Positions 37,601-50,860 of a DNA stretch of 63,346 nt are shown one piece after another. Under the pieces are notes generated by a model, which had not been told where the DNA came from, did no database searches, and was given only the letters and a program-made list of their open reading frames with translations. This DNA comes from Pocillopora damicornis (taxonomy: Eukaryota): the NCBI RefSeq assembly GCF_003704095.1, contig NW_020844919.1, positions 62,001 through 125,346 of the forward strand, read 5' to 3'. The translations under genes were made by a program, and so were the position numbers. The stretch's first letter is position 1; every line of letters starts with the position of its first letter.

Positions 37601-40600
37601 AGCTTTGCCTTTCGTTCGTCATGCAATTTCCCCGTGACAAGTAGAAAGGAAGTAATTCCCTAAACTTCCTCTGTGCGTGAAGCTGACGAAAATAAATCGC
37701 GGCCCTTGATCCGACAAAGTTTGATGGCAACATGGACGATGTGAAACAGTGGTTACGCATAAGCACATACTTTCCGAATGCTCTTTGTAACACCATCCTA
37801 TCATACTAAAGCAGACCTTGACGTGGGAGAGGAAGCATTCGCCGAGCCTCGTGAAAAATGATCCGTAGGATTGGCTCCGTAGGATTGGCTCCATAGGGTT
37901 CTTTCAAACGTTCTTGTAAACTTTTATATAACGAATTACCATCGTGCCGCGACTATCGACCAATTGTTTTCACAGAAGAATGTTGTGTATCCGCGAAGCG
38001 GCGGAGCCGACGCCAAATTACTATGTTTTGCAGTAGCATTTATGAGAAGAGGTAAGCTTTAGTAAAAGTTTTAATTTTTACATTTGGAACTGAGAGGTGC
38101 CCTCAAACTTATCGCTACGGAGAGTTCTGATGCAGTTTCTAGGCATACAAAGGGGGAACACATTTCTTCCTTCGAGGAATGTTTGCTACAATTGTGTCGC
38201 CGTCGCAACTGCTTACTAAAGAGAAGGGAACGCAAGCAGCACTGAGCATGCTTCACCAAACGATTTGCGTTTCGTTGCCTATGAGGAAATTATCAATTGC
38301 GTCGACGACTAAGTTACACATTTTCCTCTTCGGCCCTCACGTCGTGTATTACGGTATAGGTCCGGATTGAGGAAGAGACGAGATGCATCTAATTGGAGGA
38401 TAAAAACAAGACTGACAAATGTCAATGCTAAAGTATGAATATTTCAGTCGGGCCGTCACGCATGGGACGTAAGCATAAAATTACCACTGAAATACGGTTG
38501 ATTTTCTTTTCCTCAAATTTAAGCAACAGAAAAGAAGATGGGAATGATGTCAAAAATCTTGGGAAGAAAAATTGATGGTGGTAAACATTGAAATTGTCGC
38601 TATTCTGGGAAAAGGTGCTGAATAGGAAGCGACTCTGAACTGAGTTCCCTGAATCTAAAAGCTTACATGACGAATGAGAGCGCCTCCACGAAGCCGGTTG
38701 GTTGACGCAGAAAATACAAGAATGTCTCTGAAAGCGGATGAGATGGTAACATCTTTTTTTTTTTTTTTCTTCACATAGACTTATCAGGAAATAAAGACTA
38801 TATTTAAAAATAATATAAAATATTAGAAAACAAATGGACAGTTCGCAAAAGGAAAAACTTCAAAAATTTCTTCAAATTATATGTAAAGGGAACGTTTCAA
38901 TTTAACTGTAGAGAAGCGTTTATGAACTTTACTTTATGAACCTATGGCTCCTTGATATGCAAATTCAGCAGCAGTTGTTTTCATACCTGCACAGAGAGAA
39001 ATGTCCTAAGGTCTAAAACTGACATATAGATACCTTTTCCTGTTAATTCAATCTTTTCTTTGGTTGTGACAATAGGAATAAAATCGTCGCTAGGCAAATG
39101 CTTGAAGGTAATAATGGCTCAGCGGGTGCGCCAGATGGAAAAACGTGGTTCTTTCTTCGATTCCCGCATCAACAAAACAAAGTTCAAAGTTCAAGGTGCT
39201 CTGGAGAAAAAGAAATAAACGTCGAGCAAGTCCTTGACGTACTTAAGGTAGGAAACTCGTGATCCTAAAGGTAACTGAAATGCTTACTGAAACGGTTTAC
39301 CAGCGCAATGTTACGCTACCATTTCAGTCGCATTTTCTTTTGTCTAACTTATCGTTTAAATAGGAGTTGAGTTCTCGATCTTTGTATTTCGCGCAACATC
39401 ATGGCGTTATATATTCCAAATTATTATAATTTTCAGCGATTTTTATCGTTTTGTGTCGTGAAACTTTTGTAAGGGCTGCATCCATGTTCGTTGGCCAGCA
39501 TTGGTTTGGTCTCATCAAGCAACCCGCTCTCTCCCTCCCCTCCCCTGTCAACAAAACCAAACAACGGCTGCGAAGGAGACTTGAGGTTTCCCGTTTGCAT
39601 AAAATGAATAACTTTTGAGTCAGCACTTTTTACGAATGTTTCTTTTGCCTATTTATAATGATAAAAATCCTTTTTTCATTACGGCTCGCTCTTGCGGAAG
39701 CTTAAAAACGCCCTAGGCACATTTCACAAACCTTTTAAGTGAAACTAACTTAACAAGAAGAGCAAGCAAAAGGCAAAACCCACAGTGATGGAGCCGATTC
39801 ACAGCTGGAGATCAAATGGAGCTATCCTTATGTCTTCCGTTTCCGTTTAGGTCATGGTGTTATCACGAGTTTCTAGCATTGCGAATGGTTTAAAAATAGT
39901 GGCCCTATCTCATCAGTTTTCTACTTGAGACCCAGATAAAATGAGAACCTTGGTTTAGTCTCTGCACAAGGAAGAAATGATAGCCCCTCACCTTGGATCG
40001 TGTTTTTGAATAATTCGCAGGACATCTAAAATGTTTAAGGTAAGGATAATTGTAGTTCAAAAGTTGATTACTAATTCACCTGCAATGTTTTTACTTGTAA
40101 CTAACTTATCAAGTGGAAAATTACAAAAGCAAGTAATAACCATTGAAACAATACATAGGTAGAGAGAGAGGCAACATCTGAAGCAAAGAGTTATTTAGGA
40201 GTGAAAGAAACTAAAGCATTTAGGAGATGCCGAGATGTATAAACCTCAGTTGTTTTTCTGCAGTCTGTTACCGTGCAATATGTCATCGTGATAATACATC
40301 TTAGAAAAAGTCCAACTTTACAGAGAATTCATTAGAACAGATGATTGTAAGAAAAACCTAAGGAAAGCTAGCTACCATCTTTGTTAATACCTCAACAAGG
40401 GGACTTTACGACTATCCATGTTTTTGTTAATGTACATGTTGTGTACCAGAGAGGTGCATCAAAACAAACTAAGAGTTTTTTTGATAGACGTTTTGGCTAC
40501 AAACATATAATGTTAATTAATGGTCAACGATTTTAGTGCATTCACAGGAAATCAACATGTGTTACCGTCAATCACTGATTCAGAATTTAATCAACAATTT

Positions 40601-41043
40601 TTTTCAAGTAATCCTTCAGATCTTCGAAATAAAAAAAAATTCACAGTTTTCACTTAACGTTAGTCAAGTGATTACACTGACCTAGCTAACACATCGTTAA
40701 ACGTAGGGTAAACTGTAAACTGCGGTCTGCAGACAGACTTATTTGGTGTCCTTGAAACAAATAGTCTTCTGCCTAATGCGATAGGCTACTTAGATCACCT
40801 TAAATACCTTTATCTCAGCATAAAGAGTAGCTAAAATGTAAAAGATCAGTTACGTGTCCGCCAGGAGGAAATTTTGTTTTCAACGCTTGATGGAAAATCG
40901 AACATTTATTGCCTCCTCAGGTGTACACGGCCAATCGAAACAAATTTAACAAGTTCAGTAGCGATATTCTGCTTAGTTCCACTTTTTTTTTAACTTCAGA
41001 GGGATTTAATTTTTTAGTTTTTCCGCGTCCCTAAGCATGTCCA

Positions 41044-41303
41044 AACGCAAATGTAGATGCAAGGATTTCCACTTGTGAGCTACCTCAACGCCAATGCAAA
41101 TGCAAGCGCGAGCGTCAACGCAAGGAATGAAGACATTTTCATTTTCTTGAACCTGCATCTTCCATCTATGGTCGGCCATCTTGGAAAAATACTTCAGCTG
41201 CGATTGCGTACCTCACTTTCCCCGCGTTTGCGTGACACACGTGATCTTGCTTGCATTTGCATTTGCATTTCCGTTGGCATTTGCATCGAACGCGTGAACT
41301 AGG
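41044..41303. repeat. Palindromic element with (AATGCA)/(TGCATT) arms, MITE-like
   Basis: Left arm aacgcaaatg..aatgcaaatgcaagc; right arm gcttgcatttgcatttgcattt..gcatttgcat. Confidence 0.6.
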
Positions 41304-44300
41304 TTTTAGTTTCATTCCCGTAGGGAGTCCTTTACTTATAGTCATGGAACGCTCAGGCAACTCGCTTTAGACCTCACACGCGCAACGGTTTTCAAAATGC
41401 CCGCCACAAAACAAAATTACATACGGCTTACTCATAAAGCAAAACTTTTCAGGGGAATGTATCCTCATACAGGAGCCTATAACAGAAAAGAGGTATATAG
41501 GAGGGGGAGTGGTAGGGGGGCTTACGTTTGGAAATGCAGAGAATATACCAGAATAGCGCCAAGAATGGATAAAATTCGCCAGCGCACGATTTTCTAGTCA
41601 TTTTCCGTGACCTTCCTGATTCGGAAGAGGTCTCCTCGCATCATGAGGGAATTCAAACGTGGCTACAAGGACACTGTTCTCCAGTTTAATAATCGCAGTT
41701 CTTCTGTGGTAGGTACAGCTATAGTTGTGAAATAATCTTAGGATCAGTTTTCATGCGTCTCTAATACAGTAGTTCTCTTTGGCCGAATGCTAAGAGAAAT
41801 TGAACCTTGTTCCATATATATACCTGGTCGATGGGAGTACAAACAAGATTAAAATCGTCTGAAATGTGCGTGTCGCAAAATTATCTGTTCATTCGATCAC
41901 AAAGGTTTTCTTTGACTCTCTGTTAACAGGCTTACTATCAAAGCTAACAGACATTATAACGGTTTGATACAATTCAAAGCTTTTTGTATCTGCTATTATT
42001 TTTAAAATCTGTTATCTAACTACTAGGGCTACCATAAGCGTCATGCAACTTCTTCGTCAGTCTTTATTCATAGGGGTAAACCGGAACTTCCCTGTGCCAA
42101 ACTGAAAACAACATATTACATATCGTATTTTATCGTATTTTAATTTGAATGCTTTCGATAAACGATTTGGGGTCTTCCAGGTTGGTTTTCAGCCTAGTTA
42201 ACATGGTATCTTTACGCAAAAAGGTAACATTAGTTTGTCATTGTGGCTGTCACTTGTGATTAGCACTTGCACGGTATACAAACTCAAAATTTCGCTTTCG
42301 CGCCGGCAGTATCATTCTCGACCGCCTTTCGGCCAGACGTTTGAACCAACCACCTATAAAATAATCTGTCGAGTTAAAAGCAAACCAGTGAGAAGTTTTA
42401 CTTATCTTGCAATGAAACATTCGATAAAAGTGGAATTTGGAATGAATTACACAAACTATAAGAAAAAATTCTCGGCGAAATCAAAGGTTATTCAGTAATT
42501 TAAAACAAATAATTCACTCAGTTTGAGATCCACCCTTCAATACGCCCGCTTTTGAAACTCATACTTTCGCCGAACTTTCTGCTTTTTCATTTACTTTTTT
42601 CAATAGGAAGCGGAGGAGTTGTTTACTGGCGTAACCGGCATCGAGTACTTTCTCTTGACAAAATAACCATGAACCCATCATCGGTTAACCTGAGCTAGAG
42701 GCAATAAGAATGTGTAGATACAAACAAATTGAGAAGGACCGAAAACCGTCTTCCTTAATGGATGCGCGAAGAATATATTAGAGCTAAATTTAAGTTTCCA
42801 TTTCCGAAAGATCATACACGCAAGAAACAATCGAATAAAAGCATCTTTTTCAACAGAAACTGGGCCTGGGTCATAAATCCAGTTTAATTTTCTTGTGCCT
42901 ACTTCGAGATGTAATTCACACAATCTTTTAAAGTTAATCGTCTAATTCCCATTTGTTACAACGAATCTTCAAATAGACTAAATCCACCAGTAGAGGCCCC
43001 TTTGGAAGAACATCGCTCGGAACTAGTCAGAGAGCATCAAAAGTTTGTTCACTTCAATAATAAGCACAGATGACGTTTTGTATCCTTAGATTTTAACGAT
43101 ACCCTACTTCAAGGTCCTGAGAGAATTAAAAATTGCCTTTTCATTATACAGAGTTCGGACTGAATCCTTACCACTTTCTCCCGATATTAAGACATCATAA
43201 TTTCTGTCAATCGAAGCTGTGATAGTGTTTATGCCCGTATCGCTTAATGACATTTTGTAGTCTTTTTTCGGTGCTTCTCAGTTCGCCGTGGAAGCAATGT
43301 TTATATTGTTGCAGTATCATAAATTAGCTACATTTATGTATTTTGTGATGTTCAGAAATAGCTTCAACTAGACAGAAGAAAGACAGTAAGTTAAGACAGA
43401 GCAAGCATGGCAAAGGACGTGGACGAATACAGAATGTAATAACGAGTTGGAGGTTAGGTTGTTCGGTTGTTAGGTTTCCTATTTTGATCAAGGTGCTAAA
43501 ACTATAAATATTGTGTTGGTGTCTTAGCTATCACTGTCAAAGGTCAGCAAACAAACATATCAAAACAAAAAGATTAAGGCATGCGTAAAACATGCTATGT
43601 AGACATTCAATGCACTAATGCGTGCTGAGTGACTAGTTTTAACCAGTGATTGATATATTGTTTCAGGTAATATTTTTAAACTTGATAACAACAGTATTGG
43701 TTAAAAAATGACGTCACAATATTTTGAGTCAATTTGCACGACGTGCTATTTAAACTGTCTTCAATTATTATATGGTTACAAAATTACCCATTTTTTGCTT
43801 AAAAAAAAAGAAAAACGAAAGAGAGCTGAGGAGATTAAACCAAGAAGTAACAAAAATGGTGGAGAGTGAGAAAGATTTCACGAATTGCAAATGACTAATT
43901 TAAAGATTTATCGTCGGATGCATGTACCGTGACCATGGTTCGTTTACGCTGGCCTGATAGTTTTTATTCTGAGAAGAAGCTGACCTCACGAACGCAAAAC
44001 TCAGCATTTTGCTTTCAAAAACAAGCGACAAAGTTGATGTGCATGTCCGTTTGACAGTCAGACTCTAGGCGGCGCATGTGCGACGACAAAATGTGCTCCC
44101 TCGGCATTTTCTTAGTATCAATCATCAGAACATACCAGTTCCCTGCCTTTTAATGCTAGAATAAAGATGATACAAGCAAAAAAAGTTCTAAACGAATCAA
44201 GCAATGTTGTGTACGTCTCTTGAAACATAATTTTACGAAAATATACAGTAATCTTGACTTATACAGTGAAATTGAAACACTTTCTCTAAGATTGCGAGTA

Positions 44301-44490
44301 ACTTGCCATTAGGGACTTAAAAGAGAATTTTCATTAACTTTTCATTACCTATTAAAGTGACTAAACCTTTGTTTACTTTTTGAAACGATCCGAAGGTTGG
44401 CTGGATCATTGATCTGCAACAAACATTGCGTGCACTAGTTTCAGTTAATGCATGAGTGGAACGTTTCAGTTCTTCTTTGAATACGCTGTC

Positions 44491-44498
44491 TATAAATA
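44491..44498 (+). promoter_or_regulatory. TATA box of candidate first exon of cytokine-like gene 3
   Basis: TATAAATA 98 bp before the ATG at 44589; GGAACGTTTC and two TTTCAGTT motifs lie just upstream. Confidence 0.45.
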
Positions 44499-44588
44499 AA
44501 CAAATACTTAGTCATGTCTGCATTCACAATATCAGTCACTGGATGTAAATATTTCACATAGCAATTTGCTCAAATAGACTGACGGAAA

Positions 44589-44621
44589 ATGTCTTGTCAC
44601 CCATGCAGCCAGTATTGTAAG
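44589..44621 (+). CDS. Cytokine-like gene 3, candidate micro-exon 1 (MSCHPCSQYCK)
   Basis: TATA-ATG-AAG|GTAGGA phase-0 layout as in the paralogs; would splice over about 4.6 kb to 49192. Confidence 0.5.
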
Positions 44622-47600
44622 GTAGGAAAAGCCATGCGATAATCTAGGCCTATGTATTTAGTAAGTTTTATGTGATATAGAATTAAATGACAAATGTAAG
44701 ACAGCTCAAAATCACTTCAGGATGGAATTAGATATATAGGTACATATATGGAAAGAATTTTACCCGCGTCAGCTTTATGAGAAGAAATGTTGATGTTATT
44801 GTTGGTCGGTTATATTACAAGTTATGTTGATTGCGTCAAATTTGTTTCAGTAAAAACCGCATGATTGTTTATCGCGGTACTGAGTTTTTTGTCAGTTTTA
44901 CGTTCTTGTTAAAATTTGTGAAGGATTGATAAATGGAGTACGCCATGACAAATACTAACACATAAACTTCAAGTTATAAGGTAATTATGATTCAAAGGTA
45001 TTTTTCATCCTTACGAAAAATGCGAAGACTTAATAAGAATGTAACAAGACCTACCCTATAAGTACGATTTCTGGGATAATGCAAATTAAGTTAAGTCGAG
45101 TCTGCGATAACATGGAAATTGATCTACAGGCTTGTTTAGGTTGTCATCTTTAGGCCCTCGTTAATCAACGTATCCAGACAAACACCTTCCCGATTTGATA
45201 GAGTTCTTTCTGCCGGTTCTCCTCTTAATTTCATCGTTTTAACCGATGCAGATAAGATCTGTGCAATCTGTGTAAATAATTCTGGAGCGTGGCACTCTAA
45301 ACCGGAAATTGAACGTAACGAAGTTTACACGTGAACAGCGGACTGCGTGGTAAATCAGACACAAAAATAACAGGCAGGAAACGGAAATTCTGATCCCAAG
45401 AGTTGTCGTTTGTGGTTGATTTTTTTTTTTGCTGTTACAATGGTTTAACAGACCCCAGAGACATCCATCAAAAAAAAAAAAAACAATGGGTACTTACTGC
45501 TTGGTGGGCGTCCGCGACAACTCCCGCCATTATGGGCACGCCGTCTAGGAGATTCTTCAGCCACGAACTAAAAATGCCAAGAAGAAAAATGTAATCCTTT
45601 ACTCATTTTGATGTATTTGATATGAATTGACTAGTCATTTCCAGTCAGCCTTTAATTGCCTTTGGTCCATTCCCTTTCCTGAATTCTTCTAGATTATACG
45701 ATTCAATTCGGCTTGCCACTGTTCCATTTTATTTCACATTGAAAGCTACTCGCATTAGTAGCGGCATAGTCTTCCCATGCTATATGTAATTTTCGTTAGA
45801 TGTCACAATTTTATGATAGGCATGCCTTTGCCCACGATTTCAAACAGAACAATCAAGTTCCAAAACAAAGAAAACAAAAAGCAATCTGAAATAAAAGAAA
45901 GCACATGGAGAAGAAAGAAAGAAAGAACATCGTCAGCGAATTCTCCAAGAAGCCCTTGGTACAATACCCCGAGAAAACGCATTGTCATAAGCAATAAGGC
46001 TTCATGTGTCTGGCATTGCATCATTGAGGAATAATCCTAAATTAGAACCCAGATGATAATTGGTAATTTTAGTAACAATAAGTAACGGAAGACTGAGGCG
46101 TTTGTCCGATTTAAACCCTAAATTAAAGCCAACACTCTTCTAGAACCTTGCAACAACCTCGCCGATCAAAACAACAGCTTGTTTTCTTTAACTTATGAAT
46201 TTTCCGGTTAAGCTCTCCTTCCCTAGCGAGATAAAATTCAAAGAATTTGTAATGATTGATGTCGAACAATTTGTTTTTATCTTCATTTTAATCGCAACAA
46301 GGTGCTTATTTGGAAGTTAAAAGCGACCTGCACACAAAAGCAAGGTCCTCTACCGTCACAATCGGTTGGTTCAAAGATCAACATGCGCACAACGAGTTGT
46401 TTTTTACCGTCTTTGTACTTTTGACGTTACAGTTTGACACGGCTCTGTGAACAAGTTGAAAAACTAAAGTGACGTTAGATTATTCAAATTTTGTTAGTGT
46501 TCTTTCACACCCAGCTCTCATAATGTATTGTCCATAAAGGTCATAAAAAGAACATTGTCATTTCCCTGGCATTTCAATCAAACATATTTTAAATACATTA
46601 TGTACTTCTATATAAATGAACATTTCCGAACTTTAGAATGATTTCGATTAAAGTTAGGGAATGTTTGAATATCGTAAAGTTCAAGTATATGAGGAATCGA
46701 CATTAACAAATCACACAGATTATACCTACAAGAAGGAAAGTCTCTAAACAAAATGAAGGTTAGAGTATCTTTATTATTTTCAGTTATATAAAATTTTGAA
46801 TAACAACTGCACTCTAAAAAGTTACTTCTTAACATAAGGATTTGGGTGAATTGAAAAATAAATTACTGTAAATCGCATTTTCAAAACTTAAATTGGATCA
46901 AAAGGGCTTTCAACCATGCATCAAAATTGCTGTAAATTCAAGTATAGCGTTTCTATTTATTATAACAGAACAAATTAAATAAGTTTTCCATTATTAAATT
47001 AAGGCGCTTCGTACATGTTACTCCTCTGTAAGTATGAAGGTTTCCACTACAAATCAGTGTTAAATGCATCAAAATATTTTATATATATATATAAATTTTG
47101 ATTCGATTTGGTGCCACTGAGCGGTAACGGACATTACCGATAGTGGCCTAAAATGTTTCGCCATACAAGAAAAGACGAAAAAAAGGTAGTGAAATTTAAA
47201 AATCGTCACTATCCAGTGATTCTTACTTAGCACATACAGATGAAGAGTACTCTAACATTTCTTTGCAGGTATTCTATAGCTATTAATAAAATTACTGTCG
47301 GTGAATGAGTCACAAATGTCATGACCACAACATTAAATTAGATTCAGTTATATGAACCAAGCTGACCGCAAATTGCATCATGTCGTGTTCACACTAATAT
47401 TGACCACTAGACTTGGAGTGTCCTCGAACGGTACAATTTGTCCTGCGTCAAGATTGAGTGTATTAACTAAAATAACTTACCAACAATCTATCTTAAGCTC
47501 ATCACAATTCTTTTCAATACTTTTTTGAGTTACTAAATCAATAACTATTGAAATAAGGAAGATTCGATGGCTGGCTAATACTCTGAAATGTGACGAAAAC

Positions 47601-49191
47601 ATAATACAGCAGTCTTTAATTTTTTAGTCAGATTTTTGTTTCAGCATCTAACTACTTCCTTAGGATATTACATACACAAATTGTCTGGTGGAAGGCATAA
47701 GCATAATTCAGTTTGATTCTCGTTAGGATCTGAAAATACCTCAGAGTGCCAAATAAATATTCAACAATTTCACTTACTAGAAGGCTCCATTTTTCGTCAC
47801 CCAACTTTTTTGTTAGTCACCCTTTTTTTCCTTTCCTCGTTTTTTTCCCTTTTCTTCCTTTTCCGCATTGAAAATAAACCTCTTGTAATCCTGATAGGCT
47901 TTACTAGAAGACTCTCATTTCCGTGTCTGTGTTTTTCGTCCTAGAATTCCCTGTTTTTTTTTCAGTAAAACCGGCCGACTGAGAATTGACCAACCATTAA
48001 TTAATTCAAGATTAAGAAAGGGGACTGGCGAGTCAGCTCTCTATTTAGAGTTAATGGGAGCAGACTCTCAGTGTTCAAAAATATTTATAAACCACTTAGG
48101 ACCGAAAAACACGTTTCAGCATGATTCCGTCGAACCAAACTGGCTACTTAAAGCGACAAAGTCATCCGTTAGTCAAAAATTTGTCAACAGAACTAAATAT
48201 TGCAAAACTCACCGCTACAATTTATGTTAGTAGAAAACAATAAAAACACTATTAAAACATAATTAATATTACGTCTATCAAACTCAAGAAACGTTTGTAA
48301 ATCTCACCAGTTGTTGAACTTATTGGTTAGAATGAAGTGGTTTCCATAACTACTTGGACAAGTTAGACCCTTCTGTTCGTTAACGCAAGACTACTAACAC
48401 TGCATAATATTTTGATATGATAGTCCTTCATGCCCATCTTTGTAGTTCGATTTGCTGAGACAATCTTAATACTTAACATAGCGACGTTACGTCAGAGAAA
48501 GTCATGCTTCACTCAACGTTAGTCTTCCATATAGACAGCAAAAATAGTTGTTGGAACTTACGAACGAGTGAGGATTTAACTTCGTGGTATTCGAATAATC
48601 AAACCAGAATCAACCGGAAAGCGCGCTCACCATGGATACTCAAGTGCAACAAAGTTTGCGGCTGTCTATGTATTTGATGAGTTTATTTTAATTAATTGTA
48701 ATCATTGTCCGCGATTCAATGGCATAACCAAAAGTGAGACTAAAATGATAATAGGACTCGCTCTAATGGAGAGAACCTCAAATTACGACAATTTCAGGAG
48801 AAGAATCTTCATTTCGAAATCGGACTTGACTCAATTTCCACACAATGGTGTTATTACGCCGAACATTGTACTGTTCACTTTAAAGTTCATGAATAAACAA
48901 ACCTCCTCCGAGACCGGATTTCCTCTAGTGTCTCAAAAATACATCCGGCCTTGTGGGCGTCTGTTTATTCAAAGGGTTTTACTTAAATTAAATTTTTCCT
49001 TGCTGTTAAAAAGGTAATGCGGTGTTGATATGTTGTATCGGCAACTTCATACGCTTGGCATGTTTGTGGTTTTTTGTTTGTTATACTAAACAACTTCCTT
49101 TTTTAAATGCCGAGGTTTTGTTTGCCTCTGATCGCTGCTGGAATTTGTGAACACTAGCTATATTGTAATTATCATTTCTTGTATTTTTCAG

Positions 49192-49638
49192 CTTATTTGT
49201 CTACTGATTATTTATCTGTCCACAATGACGTCATTTGTAAACTCGTTACCATGCCAAAAAAGGACCAACATACAAGCGCCACGAGTATTACGTCTTCTTG
49301 AGGAAAAATACATTTTCGTGAAGAAAAAGACAAGAAGTGAAATTCCACTTCTTACAACCACTCCATTTCCACGACGAAGAACTACTCGAGTTGCAGACGC
49401 TTCAAACATACCGGGAACTACTTATTGTCCGTGGGTCTGGGAACAGGACGATGATCCCGAACGTGTCCCGCGGATATTAGTAAAAGCTAAGTGTCCTGGA
49501 TGTAAACATTTTTGTAAACCTGTACACTACCACCACACGGTTCTAATAGCAAAATGCGACAAAACTACAGGTCACAAAGTATGGAAGTGGAGGGAGAGAA
49601 AACTTGCCGTGGCATATGTTTATGAACCTTACGATTGA
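49192..49638 (+). CDS. Secreted IL-17/Trunk-like cystine-knot-superfamily protein 3, exon 2
   Basis: Acceptor tttttcag at 49191. Signal peptide, LPCQ, RRRTTR, then CPWVWEQDDDPERVPRILVKAKCPGCKHFCKPV (compare the IL-17 SPW...EDPERYP.VI.EAKC motif), ending WKWRE..AVAYVY. Confidence 0.85.
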   Translation, partial: LICLLIIYLSTMTSFVNSLPCQKRTNIQAPRVLRLLEEKYIFVKKKTRSEIPLLTTTPFPRRRTTRVADASNIPGTTYCPWVWEQDDDPERVPRILVKAKCPGCKHFCKPVHYHHTVLIAKCDKTTGHKVWKWRERKLAVAYVYEPYD

Positions 49639-50619
49639 CGGGAATTCCTTGTGGCTGTGTGGATCGTCCTTCTTCCTAAACTTTTAGATTGTTGTAATTT
49701 CATATGAAAAATATATTTTTATGGGATATTCATTATTTATTTTGAGAAAACCTCGAAAAAGGCTGAAGCTAAACCAAAGTGCAAACTCATTCCACAAAAA
49801 CAAAGAAAAAAATAATTTGAGATGTTGTGTCAACATCTCTCCAGGAGGGACATGCTGTATTTTTAACCACTGAGCCTCTTCCGTACCTTCTCTTTCTCAA
49901 CAAATGTTTTAAATACAATTTTATTATTTATGTTGAACAATCAAAATTAACCTGAATTTAGACAGAGCGGTGTATTTTCCAGATACATTTTAGGTTGTAG
50001 CAGAATACTTATTCATTGTAACTCAAACGAAATTATTAAGCCTTAGGTCCTTAGGTTTCTGCATGCAGTAAATGTCTGAGCTTGTTTTACTTCACTGAGT
50101 TTTCGACAATTTGATCGTCCGATTTAGAAAGTGTCCTATGGAAGCTTATGTTGCACATGTAATTGTGACCTTCGCACTCGCACAGCACGCATAACTATGC
50201 AATTAGCATAAGCACGAGCACCGCGCTTTGTAGAAATTATAATAATTCCGTAATGAATAAAGGTTTTCAGTTTTAACATGGAACTGAGCAAGTAACACTT
50301 ACAGAGTTAAACAGATAAATTATGAGCAATTTCGTTCGCAAAACTGCCTTTACTTATGGTGATGGTGGCCCAAAACATTTATTTCAGGTCATCATTGCTC
50401 TCACTCTTTTCTTATCACTTCCTTAAAAATGGCTTTAAAATATCTAATTATTACTCAAAAAGTTCTGGTGATTTTTTGACAGAGAGGGTAACCATAGAAA
50501 CACCACAGCTTATTACGAGCACCCCTAATGAACTAAAGTAGCACAAACAACACTATTTGTAGGTTAGAGTTTATTTACTTTACTATTTACGGAGTCATGA
50601 AACGGAGCCTACACTCCCA

Positions 50620-50860
50620 AACAAAGCTTTATAAAGCTGTCCCCTCACAGAGAGAGCTTAGGCACCCTGTGAGTTATGCAAATCCGAGACGCAGTTAAGG
50701 GTTTGCATAACTGTTGAGAATTCTCCCAACCTCCCGAGTGTTTAGATGAGAGTATGAAAACAGGGAAAAAAGTTTCCAATTGCTTTAATAAAATACTTTT
50801 CTCTAATAAAATGACAAATGAAGGAAAATGTTTTTCATTTACTTGATTGATAGAGATTTC
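50620..50860. repeat. Probable interspersed repeat fragment
   Basis: Internal inverted repeat agttatgcaaa.cc ... ggtttgcataact. It resembles a repeat I recall from coral genomes; only one copy is present here. Confidence 0.35.

Noticed and set aside
39098-39247. 50-codon ATG frame ending in a phase-0 donor (aag|gtagg)
   Set aside because: No signal-peptide character, no homology and no partner exon identified.
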